Source: a virus (taxonomy: Duplodnaviria; Caudoviricetes). Taken from it: 64,000 bases of DNA. The notes under the pieces were generated by a model. That model searched no databases. It worked only from the letters and a program-made list of their open reading frames with translations, and was not told the origin of the DNA. The position numbers were made by a program, and so were the translations under genes. Below, one piece after another: positions 1 through 9,273 of this stretch. Numbering within the stretch: position 1 is the stretch's first letter; each line of letters opens with the position of its first letter. Where the stretch lies: positions 1-64,000 of the IMG/VR virus record IMGVR_UViG_3300033121_000711; one strand, 5' to 3'.

Positions 1-1004
1 TTCGCCTGCAAGGTAGAACAAGCTTCGTGAACCAACTGTGACCTCGAATCACGAAAGTAGTCTAAAACTCCTTCAGGATTCTGAATCCTACGCTGGTCAT
101 CCTCGCTACTGGCGATACTCGTTTCGCTGTTAACATTCTCCCCAGACTGTTCCAACCGCCGCACCGAATCGACTCGAAAGGTTTGTGTGTCGATTTCACC
201 TCCAGGCAATGCTGCCCAAAATTCGGCCACACTGGAATAGCCTTTAAGCAGATTCACAGGATCAATATTTGGAAGCTTGGAGTGAGCGTCACTATTGTAA
301 ACATCCAAACACCATTCCCAGGTATTTCCAACCACGTCATACATACCCCACGCATTAGGTGGGTAAGTTCCAACTGGCGTTGTCGAAGCAACATACGGCC
401 CAATCTCATCAGTTCCGTAAGGGTAACGGCCATCAAAATTGGCAAATTTGGAAGTTAAAGTATCTCCAAAAATCGTCACCGTAGTGGTGCCGCCGCGAGC
501 GGCATACTCCCACTCAGCCTCTGTAGGCAACCTGTAAGTACAACCTTCAATCCTTGAAAGCTTCTTACAAAAAGCCACAGCCTCTTGCCATGAAACTTGC
601 TCAACAGGACAATCCAAAGATCCTTCTGTGAAGGACGATGGATCGTAACCCATTATAGCTTTCCAATGCTTTCTGGTTACGAGAGTGGTGCCAATCCAGA
701 AAGTTTTAGTGATTGTCACCTTGCGTTTAGAGTCTTTATCTCCCATCCAGAATGTACCAGCCGGAATCAAAGTCAATTTGATCCCGATAGTGTTAATTTC
801 TTCTGTGATTGGCGGCTTGACATTTTTCTTGTACAAAAGTTCGCGTAGCCTAGCTTCTTTTTCAGGTCTGTTAGACAGATCTGGATCTGCCAAACTTGCC
901 CTAAGACGTATAAGCTCTGCTTCTGCGAGCTGATCCAACTCTTCGAAATAGTCGGATCGTACAAGCCAGTCCGTTTGATCCTGACAATAAAAATCAGTTG
1001 TCAT
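1..1004 (-). CDS. TIGR02996-like N-terminal domain fused to FGE/SUMF1 (formylglycine-generating enzyme family) domain; C-terminal motif is out of frame (possible pseudogene or frameshift)
   Basis: Manual translation from ATG 1004: MTTDFYCQDQTDWLVRSDYFEELDQLAEAELIRLR...EARLRELL (TIGR02996-like), then LIPAGTFWMG, PVEQVSWQEA, YRLPTEAEWEYAARGG, PNAWGMYDVVGNTWEWC. This frame runs off the window without a stop, so it is absent from the ORF track. The canonical end IRCGGW...SVGFRILKEF* lies in the +1 frame and stops at 62. Confidence 0.85.
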   Translation of the reverse strand, partial: MTTDFYCQDQTDWLVRSDYFEELDQLAEAELIRLRASLADPDLSNRPEKEARLRELLYKKNVKPPITEEINTIGIKLTLIPAGTFWMGDKDSKRKVTITKTFWIGTTLVTRKHWKAIMGYDPSSFTEGSLDCPVEQVSWQEAVAFCKKLSRIEGCTYRLPTEAEWEYAARGGTTTVTIFGDTLTSKFANFDGRYPYGTDEIGPYVASTTPVGTYPPNAWGMYDVVGNTWEWCLDVYNSDAHSKLPNIDPVNLLKGYSSVAEFWAALPGGEIDTQTFRVDSVRRLEQSGENVNSETSIASSEDDQRRIQNPEGVLDYFRDSRSQLVHEACSTLQA

Positions 1005-1269
1005 CGGTCATATCATCCCATGCGGTTTTGAAGATAATACCCTTATGTGGATTAGCGGGGCAAGAGTTCACCAATTTGGTGATCTCAGGTCCGATACCCA
1101 ATACTTTTTCCAACTGTTCGGCTTTAATCTCCCCATTTCGGATCGGGTAGTATAAAGCTTCATAATGTTGCTGGTCGTCGATACCGAAATCAACGACTGC
1201 GGCCATTCTTGGCCATTCGTCCAACATGATTGACTCGATCAAGTTTTGGGTTACGGGTCTCATTTTCAC
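994..1269 (-). CDS. hypothetical protein
   Basis: ORF downstream of a conserved promoter motif; overlaps the start of the next gene. Confidence 0.6.
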   Translation of the reverse strand: MKMRPVTQNLIESIMLDEWPRMAAVVDFGIDDQQHYEALYYPIRNGEIKAEQLEKVLGIGPEITKLVNSCPANPHKGIIFKTAWDDMTDDN

Positions 1270-1316
1270 AATCCAATCATCTTTTGTTTCGAGAAACAGA
1301 CCGCCACTACAATAGT

Positions 1317-1343
1317 ATACGGTACTTTTCAGAAAAAATTTAC
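1317..1343 (-). promoter_or_regulatory. phage-specific promoter motif copy 1 (GTAAA-N17-CGTAT)
   Basis: One of six intergenic copies with an identical 17-nt spacer. Confidence 0.65.
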
Positions 1344-1373
1344 TGAAAAATTAAAATGATTTGATTGTGGAAA

Positions 1374-1403
1374 TTGAAAGGGCAGTTAAAACTGCCCTTT
1401 CAA
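1374..1403. terminator. intrinsic terminator hairpin
   Basis: TTGAAAGGGCAGTT-aa-AACTGCCCTTTCAA, just after the ORF ending at 1412. Confidence 0.75.
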
Positions 1404-1411
1404 CTTTAAAA

Positions 1412-1627
1412 TCAGTCGAGCTTAATCTTAAGCGTCACTGGACCATCGACTTCCTTGCCATCAACGTCAACAACCTTAAAAGAATCCTCAGACATTACCA
1501 CCTTAGCAGGTTGCCCATTAGCCAAAGTGGCTTCAAGAAACTTGCTAAGAAGGTCTTGGATGTTGACGTTTCCAAGAGCTGCCTTCAAAGTCTGCAACAG
1601 AAGATTCAACAAAATCTTACGACCCAT
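1412..1627 (-). CDS. hypothetical protein
   Basis: AGGAG RBS before ATG 1627 (MGRKILL...). Confidence 0.65.
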   Translation of the reverse strand: MGRKILLNLLLQTLKAALGNVNIQDLLSKFLEATLANGQPAKVVMSEDSFKVVDVDGKEVDGPVTLKIKLD

Positions 1628-1637
1628 AACTATACTC

Positions 1638-2630
1638 CTACGCACCACGGGTAACAGAACTGAACCAGTTATCGTTAACTGATCCGTCACCCTCTAATGC
1701 TTCCTTAAATCCGTCCAACAACCGGCAACGAGCTTCACTATCTTCCTTGCTCACATCCCTAAAGAAATGATCGCTGTTAATAAGCTCCCACGCATACTGT
1801 GCTTGCGAGTAAACATTCCACTGAAACTCTGAACGCACTCTTGATCGATGTTCAGCAACCCGAATAGCGGGTCTTGAATCAGGTACAGCTTTACACGCAA
1901 GTTGATCGATAGCTACAATAAAATCTCCACCAATATCTTCACCGCACAACCATCCGTAAATCGAAAGCTGCCTTGCCCAATCTTCATGCAACTCATCTAA
2001 AGACTGAGCAACATTAACAAGAATACCGTTAATGTTAATTAGTTGAGCTTCTTTGTGTTGACCTTTATTAACAGAACCATCATGGAGACGCACATAACCT
2101 TTGAGTGGTGTGGTTGTACGATCAGCACAGTAACCACTAACCTTCCAATCAAAAATAACATGAGCCCCTTGACTATTGATATAGAAAATATCAGGCTTAC
2201 CTAAGAAAGGCACACCTAACATATTCTTTGTTACACCTTCTCTGTAACCGTTAATAGTGCCTTTAACTTCTAGCTCGAATCGTGGTTCCGAAATCGACTT
2301 TTGCAAATCAAGCATCAAATTGCCAAGAGCACCAGACCTTTTGTACAACTCGAAAAGATGCAAGCCAACAGGTCGGCCCCAATCTCTATTATGTGGTACA
2401 ACTTGAGCTGTAAAAATAGCATCAAGTTCAAATTTAGGATCGTTCTTACCGAAGAGTCTTTCGTATAGATAAGATTTCACGTAAGCATCAAAAGCAGAAC
2501 CAGCAGCCATTGGTTGAGTTTGAGGCTCTCGTGGTGGACGATTATCTGAGAGATAAGTCAGATAATACTCTTGCGGATTTTTAATAAAAATTCCAAGACT
2601 GGTAGGACTAAGATGTTCTGGCTTTCGCAT
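1638..2630 (-). CDS. PD-(D/E)XK (RecB/Cas4-like) exonuclease
   Basis: HLSPTS N-terminus, GKPD...DWK catalytic motif, QLSIY motif. Confidence 0.8.
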   Translation of the reverse strand: MRKPEHLSPTSLGIFIKNPQEYYLTYLSDNRPPREPQTQPMAAGSAFDAYVKSYLYERLFGKNDPKFELDAIFTAQVVPHNRDWGRPVGLHLFELYKRSGALGNLMLDLQKSISEPRFELEVKGTINGYREGVTKNMLGVPFLGKPDIFYINSQGAHVIFDWKVSGYCADRTTTPLKGYVRLHDGSVNKGQHKEAQLININGILVNVAQSLDELHEDWARQLSIYGWLCGEDIGGDFIVAIDQLACKAVPDSRPAIRVAEHRSRVRSEFQWNVYSQAQYAWELINSDHFFRDVSKEDSEARCRLLDGFKEALEGDGSVNDNWFSSVTRGA

Positions 2631-2631
2631 A

Positions 2632-3015
2632 CTAATCTCCAAACTTTTTCAAGCGTACAGGAATAGAAGTTAACGGACCTAAATATAACCCTGTTGGTAT
2701 TTCTACACCGTCAGGACCAATTAAATGTGTCGTTTTTATCGGTACACTTCTTGGCTTATACTTAACAGTCATGTCAGTAAAAGTCAAAATCCTTGTTTCC
2801 GGATTCCATTCTAGCGTACCAAAGTGATGAATACAAGCCTCATCATAATAGACAAAATAATCCCATTTGTTGTTTTTATGAACTGTTAAAATGCCAGGAA
2901 CATTATACCAGTGCATCACATACGTGCCTGGCGTTACTTGAAATCCTTTATACTTTTTTGACTTAACCTCCGGAATCGGTGTAAAAAGTGTAAGTAAGAC
3001 TAATAAGATTTCCAT
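2632..3015 (-). CDS. hypothetical protein with hydrophobic N-terminus
   Basis: GGAG RBS and ATG 3015 (MEILLVLLTLF). The longer ORF-track start lies inside the tRNA. Confidence 0.6.
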   Translation of the reverse strand: MEILLVLLTLFTPIPEVKSKKYKGFQVTPGTYVMHWYNVPGILTVHKNNKWDYFVYYDEACIHHFGTLEWNPETRILTFTDMTVKYKPRSVPIKTTHLIGPDGVEIPTGLYLGPLTSIPVRLKKFGD

Positions 3016-3035
3016 ATCAATCTCCGCGACGCAAA

Positions 3036-3109
3036 TACCCTGGGCGGGACTCGAACCCACACTTTACGGTTCTTAAGACCGTTGCCTCTGCCAATTGGGC
3101 TACCAGAGC
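3036..3109 (-). tRNA. tRNA-Leu (anticodon TAA), short variable loop, no encoded CCA
   Basis: GCTCTGG-TA-GCCCAATTGGCAGAGGC-A-ACGGT CTTAAGA ACCGT-AAAGT-GTGGG TTCGAGT CCCGC-CCAGGGT-A folds as a cloverleaf. Confidence 0.9.
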
Positions 3110-3118
3110 ACCTCTCCC

Positions 3119-3571
3119 CTAGAGGAACAATCTAGGATCACAATTACGTGGCCACTCGTAAGGGAGAAGCGGTGAGTCGGTCCAACCAAACGCACTATAA
3201 TAGAGATAATCTTTCCTAAGTAAATTACCTCTATGACTCGCGTGAAAAGCTTCATTGCCTAGCCATTTTGGCAGTGGCACAGATTGTTGAGTAGGCGTAA
3301 AATCAACAGTCTTATAAGCAAGAATTTTTCCATAACACGAATCTTTAAAACCCCTATCCAGCCATTCTGAACAAATAGCTAGACCGTAAGCCACAAGTGC
3401 GTCTTTGAAACCCCACCACATAATACAAGCCGGATGTCTATGGACTCGATCTTTTGGATTATCCAATCCATTCAGTAACTGAATAACTTCTGCACGCTGT
3501 TTACCTAATCTTCTATCGTCTAGAACACTTGCCGACTGGACAAAATCGGCATAAGGTAAAAACGTCTGCAC
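3119..3571 (-). CDS. pyrimidine dimer DNA glycosylase / endonuclease V-like (MSMEG_6728 family)
   Basis: MQTFLPYADF..SA.VLD.RRLGKQR.E, HPA..MW, PKWLG...FHASHR.NLLRKD motifs. Confidence 0.85.
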   Translation of the reverse strand: MQTFLPYADFVQSASVLDDRRLGKQRAEVIQLLNGLDNPKDRVHRHPACIMWWGFKDALVAYGLAICSEWLDRGFKDSCYGKILAYKTVDFTPTQQSVPLPKWLGNEAFHASHRGNLLRKDYLYYSAFGWTDSPLLPYEWPRNCDPRLFL

Positions 3572-3574
3572 AAG

Positions 3575-4267
3575 CTACTCTTTGTTAAGGCGATCGAATC
3601 TATCCTCCATCTCTTTCCTAAGCCTATGGACGTAGGCTGTGGAAATTCCTAACTGCTGACCAATCTCAGCATCAGTATAACCTTGTGATCGCTTCTCCAG
3701 GATTATACGATCACGATCAGACTTAGCTGAAAGACCCAACATCTCCTTCAAAGCTAGAAAACCACCAGCAATAGTTGAACGAATTTTATAACATTTACTC
3801 AAATGTTTTTCATTATTACCCGAATCAATTTCCCGCTCATCCATTACCACCGCAGTAACTGTACGAAGTTCACGTCCTTGCTTTTTTGCTTTACTGTAAG
3901 TGGTTGCGGGAACCCTTACCAAGTGATCTTTTTCGTAAAATTGACGAATAAAACGTCTAATATTTACAATCACCCAAGCAGTCAAATTATCGTCGTACAA
4001 TTTTTCTTTAGCACGATCTAAGGCATACGCGATGCCGAACAGTGCTGCTGAAGCGTAATCGTCTCCTTTCTCTGGTCGTTGCCTAGAATAACGTGCGGCC
4101 ATTCTTAAAGCCAACTTGATATAACTGCAACCAAGTTCTTCACGTTCAATCTGAGTTATACAACCGTTACGAAGACGCCCAATAAGATAGGTTAACCTTT
4201 CAGGTGTTACGCTATTTGTAGCGTTGCCTAACGGGTGTTTTAGATTAACCTTCTTAGGTCTTTGCAT
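3575..4267 (-). CDS. phage-encoded sigma-70 family RNA polymerase sigma factor
   Basis: Region-2-like IKLALRMAARY...DDY.S.A..GI..A...LTAWV...IR...VRVP and region-4 HTH GYTDAEIGQQLGISTAYVHRLR; AGGAG RBS before ATG 4267. Confidence 0.8.
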   Translation of the reverse strand: MQRPKKVNLKHPLGNATNSVTPERLTYLIGRLRNGCITQIEREELGCSYIKLALRMAARYSRQRPEKGDDYASAALFGIAYALDRAKEKLYDDNLTAWVIVNIRRFIRQFYEKDHLVRVPATTYSKAKKQGRELRTVTAVVMDEREIDSGNNEKHLSKCYKIRSTIAGGFLALKEMLGLSAKSDRDRIILEKRSQGYTDAEIGQQLGISTAYVHRLRKEMEDRFDRLNKE

Positions 4268-4366
4268 ACGCTCTCCTAAATTATTGAAACTGGGATGAGC
4301 TTCCACAATCGACGCCGGTTGTGGAGCTTGATTTGATTTTCAATTCAAATAACACCTCCTAACACC

Positions 4367-4394
4367 ATTTTAATGCAATTTTTTGGAATGTCAA
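4367..4394 (-). promoter_or_regulatory. sigma70-type promoter upstream of the sigma factor gene
   Basis: TTGACA-N16-TAAAAT on the minus strand. Confidence 0.65.
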
Positions 4395-4396
4395 GG

Positions 4397-4855
4397 TCAG
4401 TCTTGAAATGATTTGATTTTCCAAAAAGCTTGCATTTTGAAGTTTTCCAATTTGTACATTTGACCGTTAGGGTCAAAACAAGATCCGTAATGCCAGGCAA
4501 CAGCATGTGGCTTCCCAGCTAAAGTGTTACCTGTCAAAACTCCTTCACTATCATCCATGATTTTAAGAATCTTGTTAATATCTACTGGAACAATTTGCGG
4601 TATTGCTGTCTCATGCCCTTGTGCTCTTGGCATTGGCTCAAAACGAGTTACAGAAAATCCAAGGTCATGACTAACCATGATAAGTTCTTGTATATGGAAT
4701 CCGCGACGACAATAAGGCTCGGGCAATGAAGGCCACCATTTTTCAGAACCTTCATGCCCGATAGCCTTAAATACGTCATATACAGATACGTCTAATATCA
4801 TGGCGAAGCTGGTTGGCAAACAGCTCCATCTATAAGGACTTACTTGTGGAGTCAT
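4397..4855 (-). CDS. papain-fold (C39-like) Cys-His-Asp protein
   Basis: SCLPTSFAMIL...HAVAW...FDP pattern. Confidence 0.5.
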   Translation of the reverse strand: MTPQVSPYRWSCLPTSFAMILDVSVYDVFKAIGHEGSEKWWPSLPEPYCRRGFHIQELIMVSHDLGFSVTRFEPMPRAQGHETAIPQIVPVDINKILKIMDDSEGVLTGNTLAGKPHAVAWHYGSCFDPNGQMYKLENFKMQAFWKIKSFQD

Positions 4856-4866
4856 TGAGATCCTAG

Positions 4867-5538
4867 TTACGCAGAGATATCGTGTTCTTTTTCAAAATAC
4901 GTGAGATCCCCGTTCTCTTGGAACGAGACATCAAAATCTTCAAGAACGAGAGGCTCAGCCAAACTGGCATGAGTAACAGTCACGGTCATATCAGTGTTCT
5001 CACCAGCAACTAGCGTAAGAAATTCTGCACGACCATTAGAATCTGTTGTACCCCTTGCCACAAGACCTTTAGAACCAACTGCAACAACTTCAGCACCAAC
5101 AAGCGGTGTTGCACCATCAAAAAGATCAAGACGAACAGAAGAATAACCCCACCAAAGTGGACCGATAGCATCGTTGTTCGGCCTTGGTGCGAGGACACCT
5201 CCAAGCTGAAGTGCAGGAGTTTGAACTGGGAATACATCCCAGCCATTAACATCATTAGCTTCGGCACCGATAACTGTAAAAGTTGTAGGCTCATATCCGG
5301 GAGCAGTCACAACGATTTCAAGATCAGTTCCAGAAGTATAATCGACATTGACGTCACAAGAGCCTTGAGGCGTAGCAGGAGGCACAGTATTCTGACTCTC
5401 AACAGGAGTTGTAACAAGCGGAGCTGTAACAACTCCCGGCCGACCCTTAGCAAAAATTGTTACTGTAGCATTAGTCAGCGGCGAGTAGCCCAAATTCTCA
5501 GCCACAGAAACACGCATCTGGAATCGATTGTTTGGCAT
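4867..5538 (-). CDS. acidic beta-sandwich protein (two carboxypeptidase-regulatory-like repeats)
   Basis: PLTNATVTI...VTAPGY and PLVGAEV...GTTDSNGRA motifs. Confidence 0.5.
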   Translation of the reverse strand: MPNNRFQMRVSVAENLGYSPLTNATVTIFAKGRPGVVTAPLVTTPVESQNTVPPATPQGSCDVNVDYTSGTDLEIVVTAPGYEPTTFTVIGAEANDVNGWDVFPVQTPALQLGGVLAPRPNNDAIGPLWWGYSSVRLDLFDGATPLVGAEVVAVGSKGLVARGTTDSNGRAEFLTLVAGENTDMTVTVTHASLAEPLVLEDFDVSFQENGDLTYFEKEHDISA

Positions 5539-5809
5539 CGTGACGTTTCTCCTCTTTCAGAGTAGGTAAAACAAAAACAGCTTTTTGAATAGTTAGGCCC
5601 TTAATTTTAACGTCTTTGAGTTCATACTCTAAATACGTTAAGAGCTTAACATGCTTACGAAATTGATCTAAAGTTATCTTTTTGAATTTCCCTGTCACAG
5701 GCATTTCAATCAGAATAATAGCATCTTCTGCTACAACCGTCGAAATATTGAATCGATAAGGTGTGCTTTCAGGAGTTAAAAGTAAGGTTGCAAAAATCAA
5801 AGATAACAT
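5498..5809 (-). CDS. hypothetical protein, possible signal peptide
   Basis: ORF in an overlapping gene string. Confidence 0.55.
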   Translation of the reverse strand: MLSLIFATLLLTPESTPYRFNISTVVAEDAIILIEMPVTGKFKKITLDQFRKHVKLLTYLEYELKDVKIKGLTIQKAVFVLPTLKEEKRHDAKQSIPDACFCG

Positions 5810-6024
5810 TAAAGTAATCCTTTATCGTCTACAATTTCAGCACCAGCAATATCAAGACTAACGTAAATCTTGTCATTGCTGGGACCTATATCTATACTAA
5901 AGATAGGGGTCGAGTCCGTGACCCCTAAAGCTTCAACTTGCTCTTTAATCTCTGACCAAGTTTTAAGAAGCTTCTTTGAAGCTTTCGGCTTCGATTTCTT
6001 CGAGGTGTTCGACACTGATCTCAA
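5809..6024 (-). CDS. hypothetical protein
   Basis: ORF in an overlapping gene string. Confidence 0.55.
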   Translation of the reverse strand: MRSVSNTSKKSKPKASKKLLKTWSEIKEQVEALGVTDSTPIFSIDIGPSNDKIYVSLDIAGAEIVDDKGLL

Positions 6025-6475
6025 TCCATTCGTTAGAAGCGTCTTTCAATTCTCGACTAATACAACAGCCGAGAACAACAACTTTAACACCTTCAGATTT
6101 TAGATATTCAACCAACGGTACAAAAGCAGAGTTAGCAGTGCACAGAATAACTGTATCAGTACGCTTACTATAACGTACTGCGTCCACTGCAATACCTACC
6201 TCCCAGTCTGCTCTCCTTATATTCCTCTTCTCACCTTCCATAGGAGAAGAAGGCTCCCTGTACTTAGGCTCGTAACCAATCTTCCTTAAGCAGGAAATAA
6301 AAGCAGATGCTTCAGCTTGTTGCTGAACGCCGTAAGCAAAACAACGAACAATAGAACCAACAGTTTGAGCTGTTTTATAAAGCCGCTCATAATCAAGCTT
6401 ACGATTCTCGAACTTTCGTCCGACCGTATAGTAAAGATTCGAGATATCAGCGAACAAGACGCAACGATTCAACAT
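5963..6475 (-). CDS. NYN/LabA-like PIN-domain protein, degenerate active site
   Basis: LFADISNLYY, ADWEVGIAVDA, F.PLVEYLK..G..V.V, S.ELK...EWI; the usual SGDxDF is TANSAF. Confidence 0.8.
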   Translation of the reverse strand: MLNRCVLFADISNLYYTVGRKFENRKLDYERLYKTAQTVGSIVRCFAYGVQQQAEASAFISCLRKIGYEPKYREPSSPMEGEKRNIRRADWEVGIAVDAVRYSKRTDTVILCTANSAFVPLVEYLKSEGVKVVVLGCCISRELKDASNEWIEISVEHLEEIEAESFKEAS

Positions 6476-8648
6476 TGGGAATCTCACAAATTGGGCCGGA
6501 ACAGTACTTCTCATCGATTCCGTCGCTACCTTTCAAGGAAGACCAATCGATAGTACCGATCGCAGCAAGTCGCATTTCATACTCAGTTTTAGAGATGCCT
6601 TCCTCTGGCATCTGACGATAGGCCCCTTTACAAGAGTGAGGGAGCAGACTCACCGATTTAGTATGTGGTGCAATAGCTGAAAGAACAGGTTCTATGGAAT
6701 CTTCTTCATGTGTAGGATCATATTCATAAATCCACATCTTAGAGATACCTCTAGATGGTGCTTTATGCCATTCAATCCTAATTTTGTAGCGATTTGGCAC
6801 TTCATAAGATGTTAGATGATTGTAATGAATTTCGTAGCAAGCTGCAACACCAATCAGGTTATCCAGACATCGCTCGAAATTACAATCAACAACTTCAATC
6901 AGCGGCCATTTCGGCTTAAAATATAAAGTATTGCTTACAGCGTTATCTGCCCATTCCCGTTGAACAAGAATCAAATTCATAGCCTGTTCCCAAAGGGATA
7001 CTTCGTAAGCAGGCTTTGCTGGTCCTTGTAAAATCGGAAATTCAAAAACATCTGTATACTTGTCAAAATAATCCTCTTCAAAAGGTATACCAGCTTTGAC
7101 AAGCAATGGATGCACTGGCGAATTTTTAGCAACTCTAATTCGCCTAATCGTATAATCAAAAGTAGGATGTCCAATACCAGGAGTTTTACCAGGTAACTTA
7201 GGACCTGTACCACCTGGCTTGATCGTAGTTACTCTAATAGAGACAGGAACGCCAGCTTCTTCGTTAAGCTTTTTATTAGCCTTACGAATCAACTTATAAC
7301 CTTCCCGCATATATTTCGTAACTTTATGGACACTTTCTTTTAATTTCCATCCTGAAAAATCAACAATACTCACACCTATCCGTCTATTGCGAGCAACTAC
7401 TCGATTAGTTGCAGGCTGATGTGTAGGTATCAGTGAAACTGTTGATGAGTAAAACGTGGCAAAGTCACAAGCCCTAAGCCACTCTTCCTTGTTAGTACAC
7501 ATTGTCGGTAATGTTTCAACAACATTACAAACTTCTTTATCCTCTAAAGGAATCTCGCCACACGGATTGAAACCTTTTGCCTTATCTTTCCGAAGACCTT
7601 TCATCTTCTTGCCGATACGAGCGAAAGGCATATTCCTACGATTAATGTAGCCTGGCTCACCATTACGAATAACAGATTTTGCAATCTCGCCAAGCATCAT
7701 AAAATCTTCGTCAGTCTCAAGCTCAACAGAATTATTAGACATCCAACCAAAAGCTTCACGCTCTGGATAGAGATCGTAATTTTTAAGATTCATGAACGTT
7801 TTATCACGAACCTTACCTTTAGCTAATTCTGCTGACCGTCGAACGTTACCAGCGACAACACAACATCCTGTATGATTAGCTAAATTTGTGAAAAGGTAAA
7901 CACTATCATATTCAGGCCTAGTGTTATATTTTTCAAATTCGGCGATTGTGCGTTCATGCAAATCTTTCAAAGGTTCAGGACCTGATGAGATACCACCAAA
8001 TCCTTTGATAGGCAGCCCTGGACCTCTAACTTTATCATATATAAAACGCGGTTTCTTTTGTCCCGGTTTTGTATATGCGTCAATCAGTGTTTGTTCGCTA
8101 TGACACCAACCTTCTCGGGTATCAGGGATTACATAATCATAAGTACCGACAGGGTTATAGATTTTGAAACCGTCATCCCTAATAGGGCCAAAACCTACAC
8201 CGACACCATGCATTAAGCAATCCATCAACCAACTTATATCAGGCCCTAATGTCTTAGAATTAAGATCTGTATAAGCACAGTTGTAAAGAGCCATAGCTCC
8301 GCGTTCGTATACGAAATCAGAACCCATAGCCCACAATCCACGCCCAGGAGGCATCCATTGCATCATGAACATGGCATGGATGAATTTATTAGAATACTCC
8401 CTCCAATAATCTTCATCCCATTGAATATGGTTTTTCAGATACCAATCTTTACGAATACTGAAAGTCCCTTCAGTATTTCGTATACAAACATCTGCCCAAT
8501 CTTCCTGACCTTCATTATTTTTGATACGACTGTAAGTTCTCCAAAAAGTTAGTTCACCAAATCCATTGTAGCCAAACGGTGGAGTAAGGCTTTTAATCTT
8601 ATCCACCGTTGCTTCACTAACCTTAAAACGATGCTCTACAAAAGACAT
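6447..8648 (-). CDS. nrdJ: class II (adenosylcobalamin-dependent, monomeric RTPR-type) ribonucleotide reductase
   Basis: RTYSR, PPGRGLW, NCA, GVGVGF, VVAGNVRRSAE, NPCGEI, TTIKPGGT, C-terminal CSGPIC. Confidence 0.95.
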   Translation of the reverse strand: MSFVEHRFKVSEATVDKIKSLTPPFGYNGFGELTFWRTYSRIKNNEGQEDWADVCIRNTEGTFSIRKDWYLKNHIQWDEDYWREYSNKFIHAMFMMQWMPPGRGLWAMGSDFVYERGAMALYNCAYTDLNSKTLGPDISWLMDCLMHGVGVGFGPIRDDGFKIYNPVGTYDYVIPDTREGWCHSEQTLIDAYTKPGQKKPRFIYDKVRGPGLPIKGFGGISSGPEPLKDLHERTIAEFEKYNTRPEYDSVYLFTNLANHTGCCVVAGNVRRSAELAKGKVRDKTFMNLKNYDLYPEREAFGWMSNNSVELETDEDFMMLGEIAKSVIRNGEPGYINRRNMPFARIGKKMKGLRKDKAKGFNPCGEIPLEDKEVCNVVETLPTMCTNKEEWLRACDFATFYSSTVSLIPTHQPATNRVVARNRRIGVSIVDFSGWKLKESVHKVTKYMREGYKLIRKANKKLNEEAGVPVSIRVTTIKPGGTGPKLPGKTPGIGHPTFDYTIRRIRVAKNSPVHPLLVKAGIPFEEDYFDKYTDVFEFPILQGPAKPAYEVSLWEQAMNLILVQREWADNAVSNTLYFKPKWPLIEVVDCNFERCLDNLIGVAACYEIHYNHLTSYEVPNRYKIRIEWHKAPSRGISKMWIYEYDPTHEEDSIEPVLSAIAPHTKSVSLLPHSCKGAYRQMPEEGISKTEYEMRLAAIGTIDWSSLKGSDGIDEKYCSGPICEIPNVESLRLVR

Positions 8649-8941
8649 GAAACACCTTTAGCTTTTTGCAACTCCTCCCCAACGGAGTTACATTTATCTT
8701 TAAAAGGGCATTGTCTACAGCTCTTAATAGAGAAGATCTTAAAAATAAGTTTCTTGAACCAATTACATTGACGTTTTTTAATACGTCCGTAATTAGGTCC
8801 TTCGACATTCGTTATAGTGATTTTACCCTCTTGGTTCTTCACTAAATAGTGATTCTTATCTCCAGCCAATAATTGCTGCAAGATGTGTTCTGCTTTTTCG
8901 TAATGCATCAGGTCTTCATTACACTTAAATAGGTGTACCAA
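8636..8941 (-). CDS. hypothetical protein with CxxCxxxxxC
   Basis: ORF; CRQCPFKDKC. Confidence 0.55.
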   Translation of the reverse strand: MVHLFKCNEDLMHYEKAEHILQQLLAGDKNHYLVKNQEGKITITNVEGPNYGRIKKRQCNWFKKLIFKIFSIKSCRQCPFKDKCNSVGEELQKAKGVSCLL

Positions 8942-9273
8942 TTACAGGGACCAAATAGTTTTTTATATTCATAATCAGTTCCGTTAACTAGAACCCACAC
9001 GCCTGCACCGTTAGCACACAGTTTCGGAAAAACATCAAGTTGAGCTGGAGTAAATTTATAAGATTCTATAAATTTAGCTTCAACCCAACGAGTGCCATAT
9101 CTACTATGGCAACAATAAAGATCTGGCAATCCAGACTGATATTCACTTCCATGAGTTTTTATTGTATACCAGCCATGCATATGTAATGTAGCTCGTATAT
9201 CTGTTACAACTCCTGCTTCTGGTCCTTTACGCTTTCTCCGTTTCAGTGGTTCCACTTCGTTGTACCTTTGCAA
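8908..9273 (-). CDS. VRR-NUC family nuclease / Holliday junction resolvase-like
   Basis: GLPDL...WVEAK...TPAQ motif. Confidence 0.85.
   Translation of the reverse strand: MQRYNEVEPLKRRKRKGPEAGVVTDIRATLHMHGWYTIKTHGSEYQSGLPDLYCCHSRYGTRWVEAKFIESYKFTPAQLDVFPKLCANGAGVWVLVNGTDYEYKKLFGPCNWYTYLSVMKT

Noticed and set aside
1-1004. Diversity-generating retroelement targeting the FGE protein
   Set aside because: No reverse transcriptase and no adenine-variant template repeat seen in the window.
1638-2630. Cas4 / CRISPR association
   Set aside because: Stand-alone phage PD-(D/E)XK exonuclease with no array or cas neighbours.
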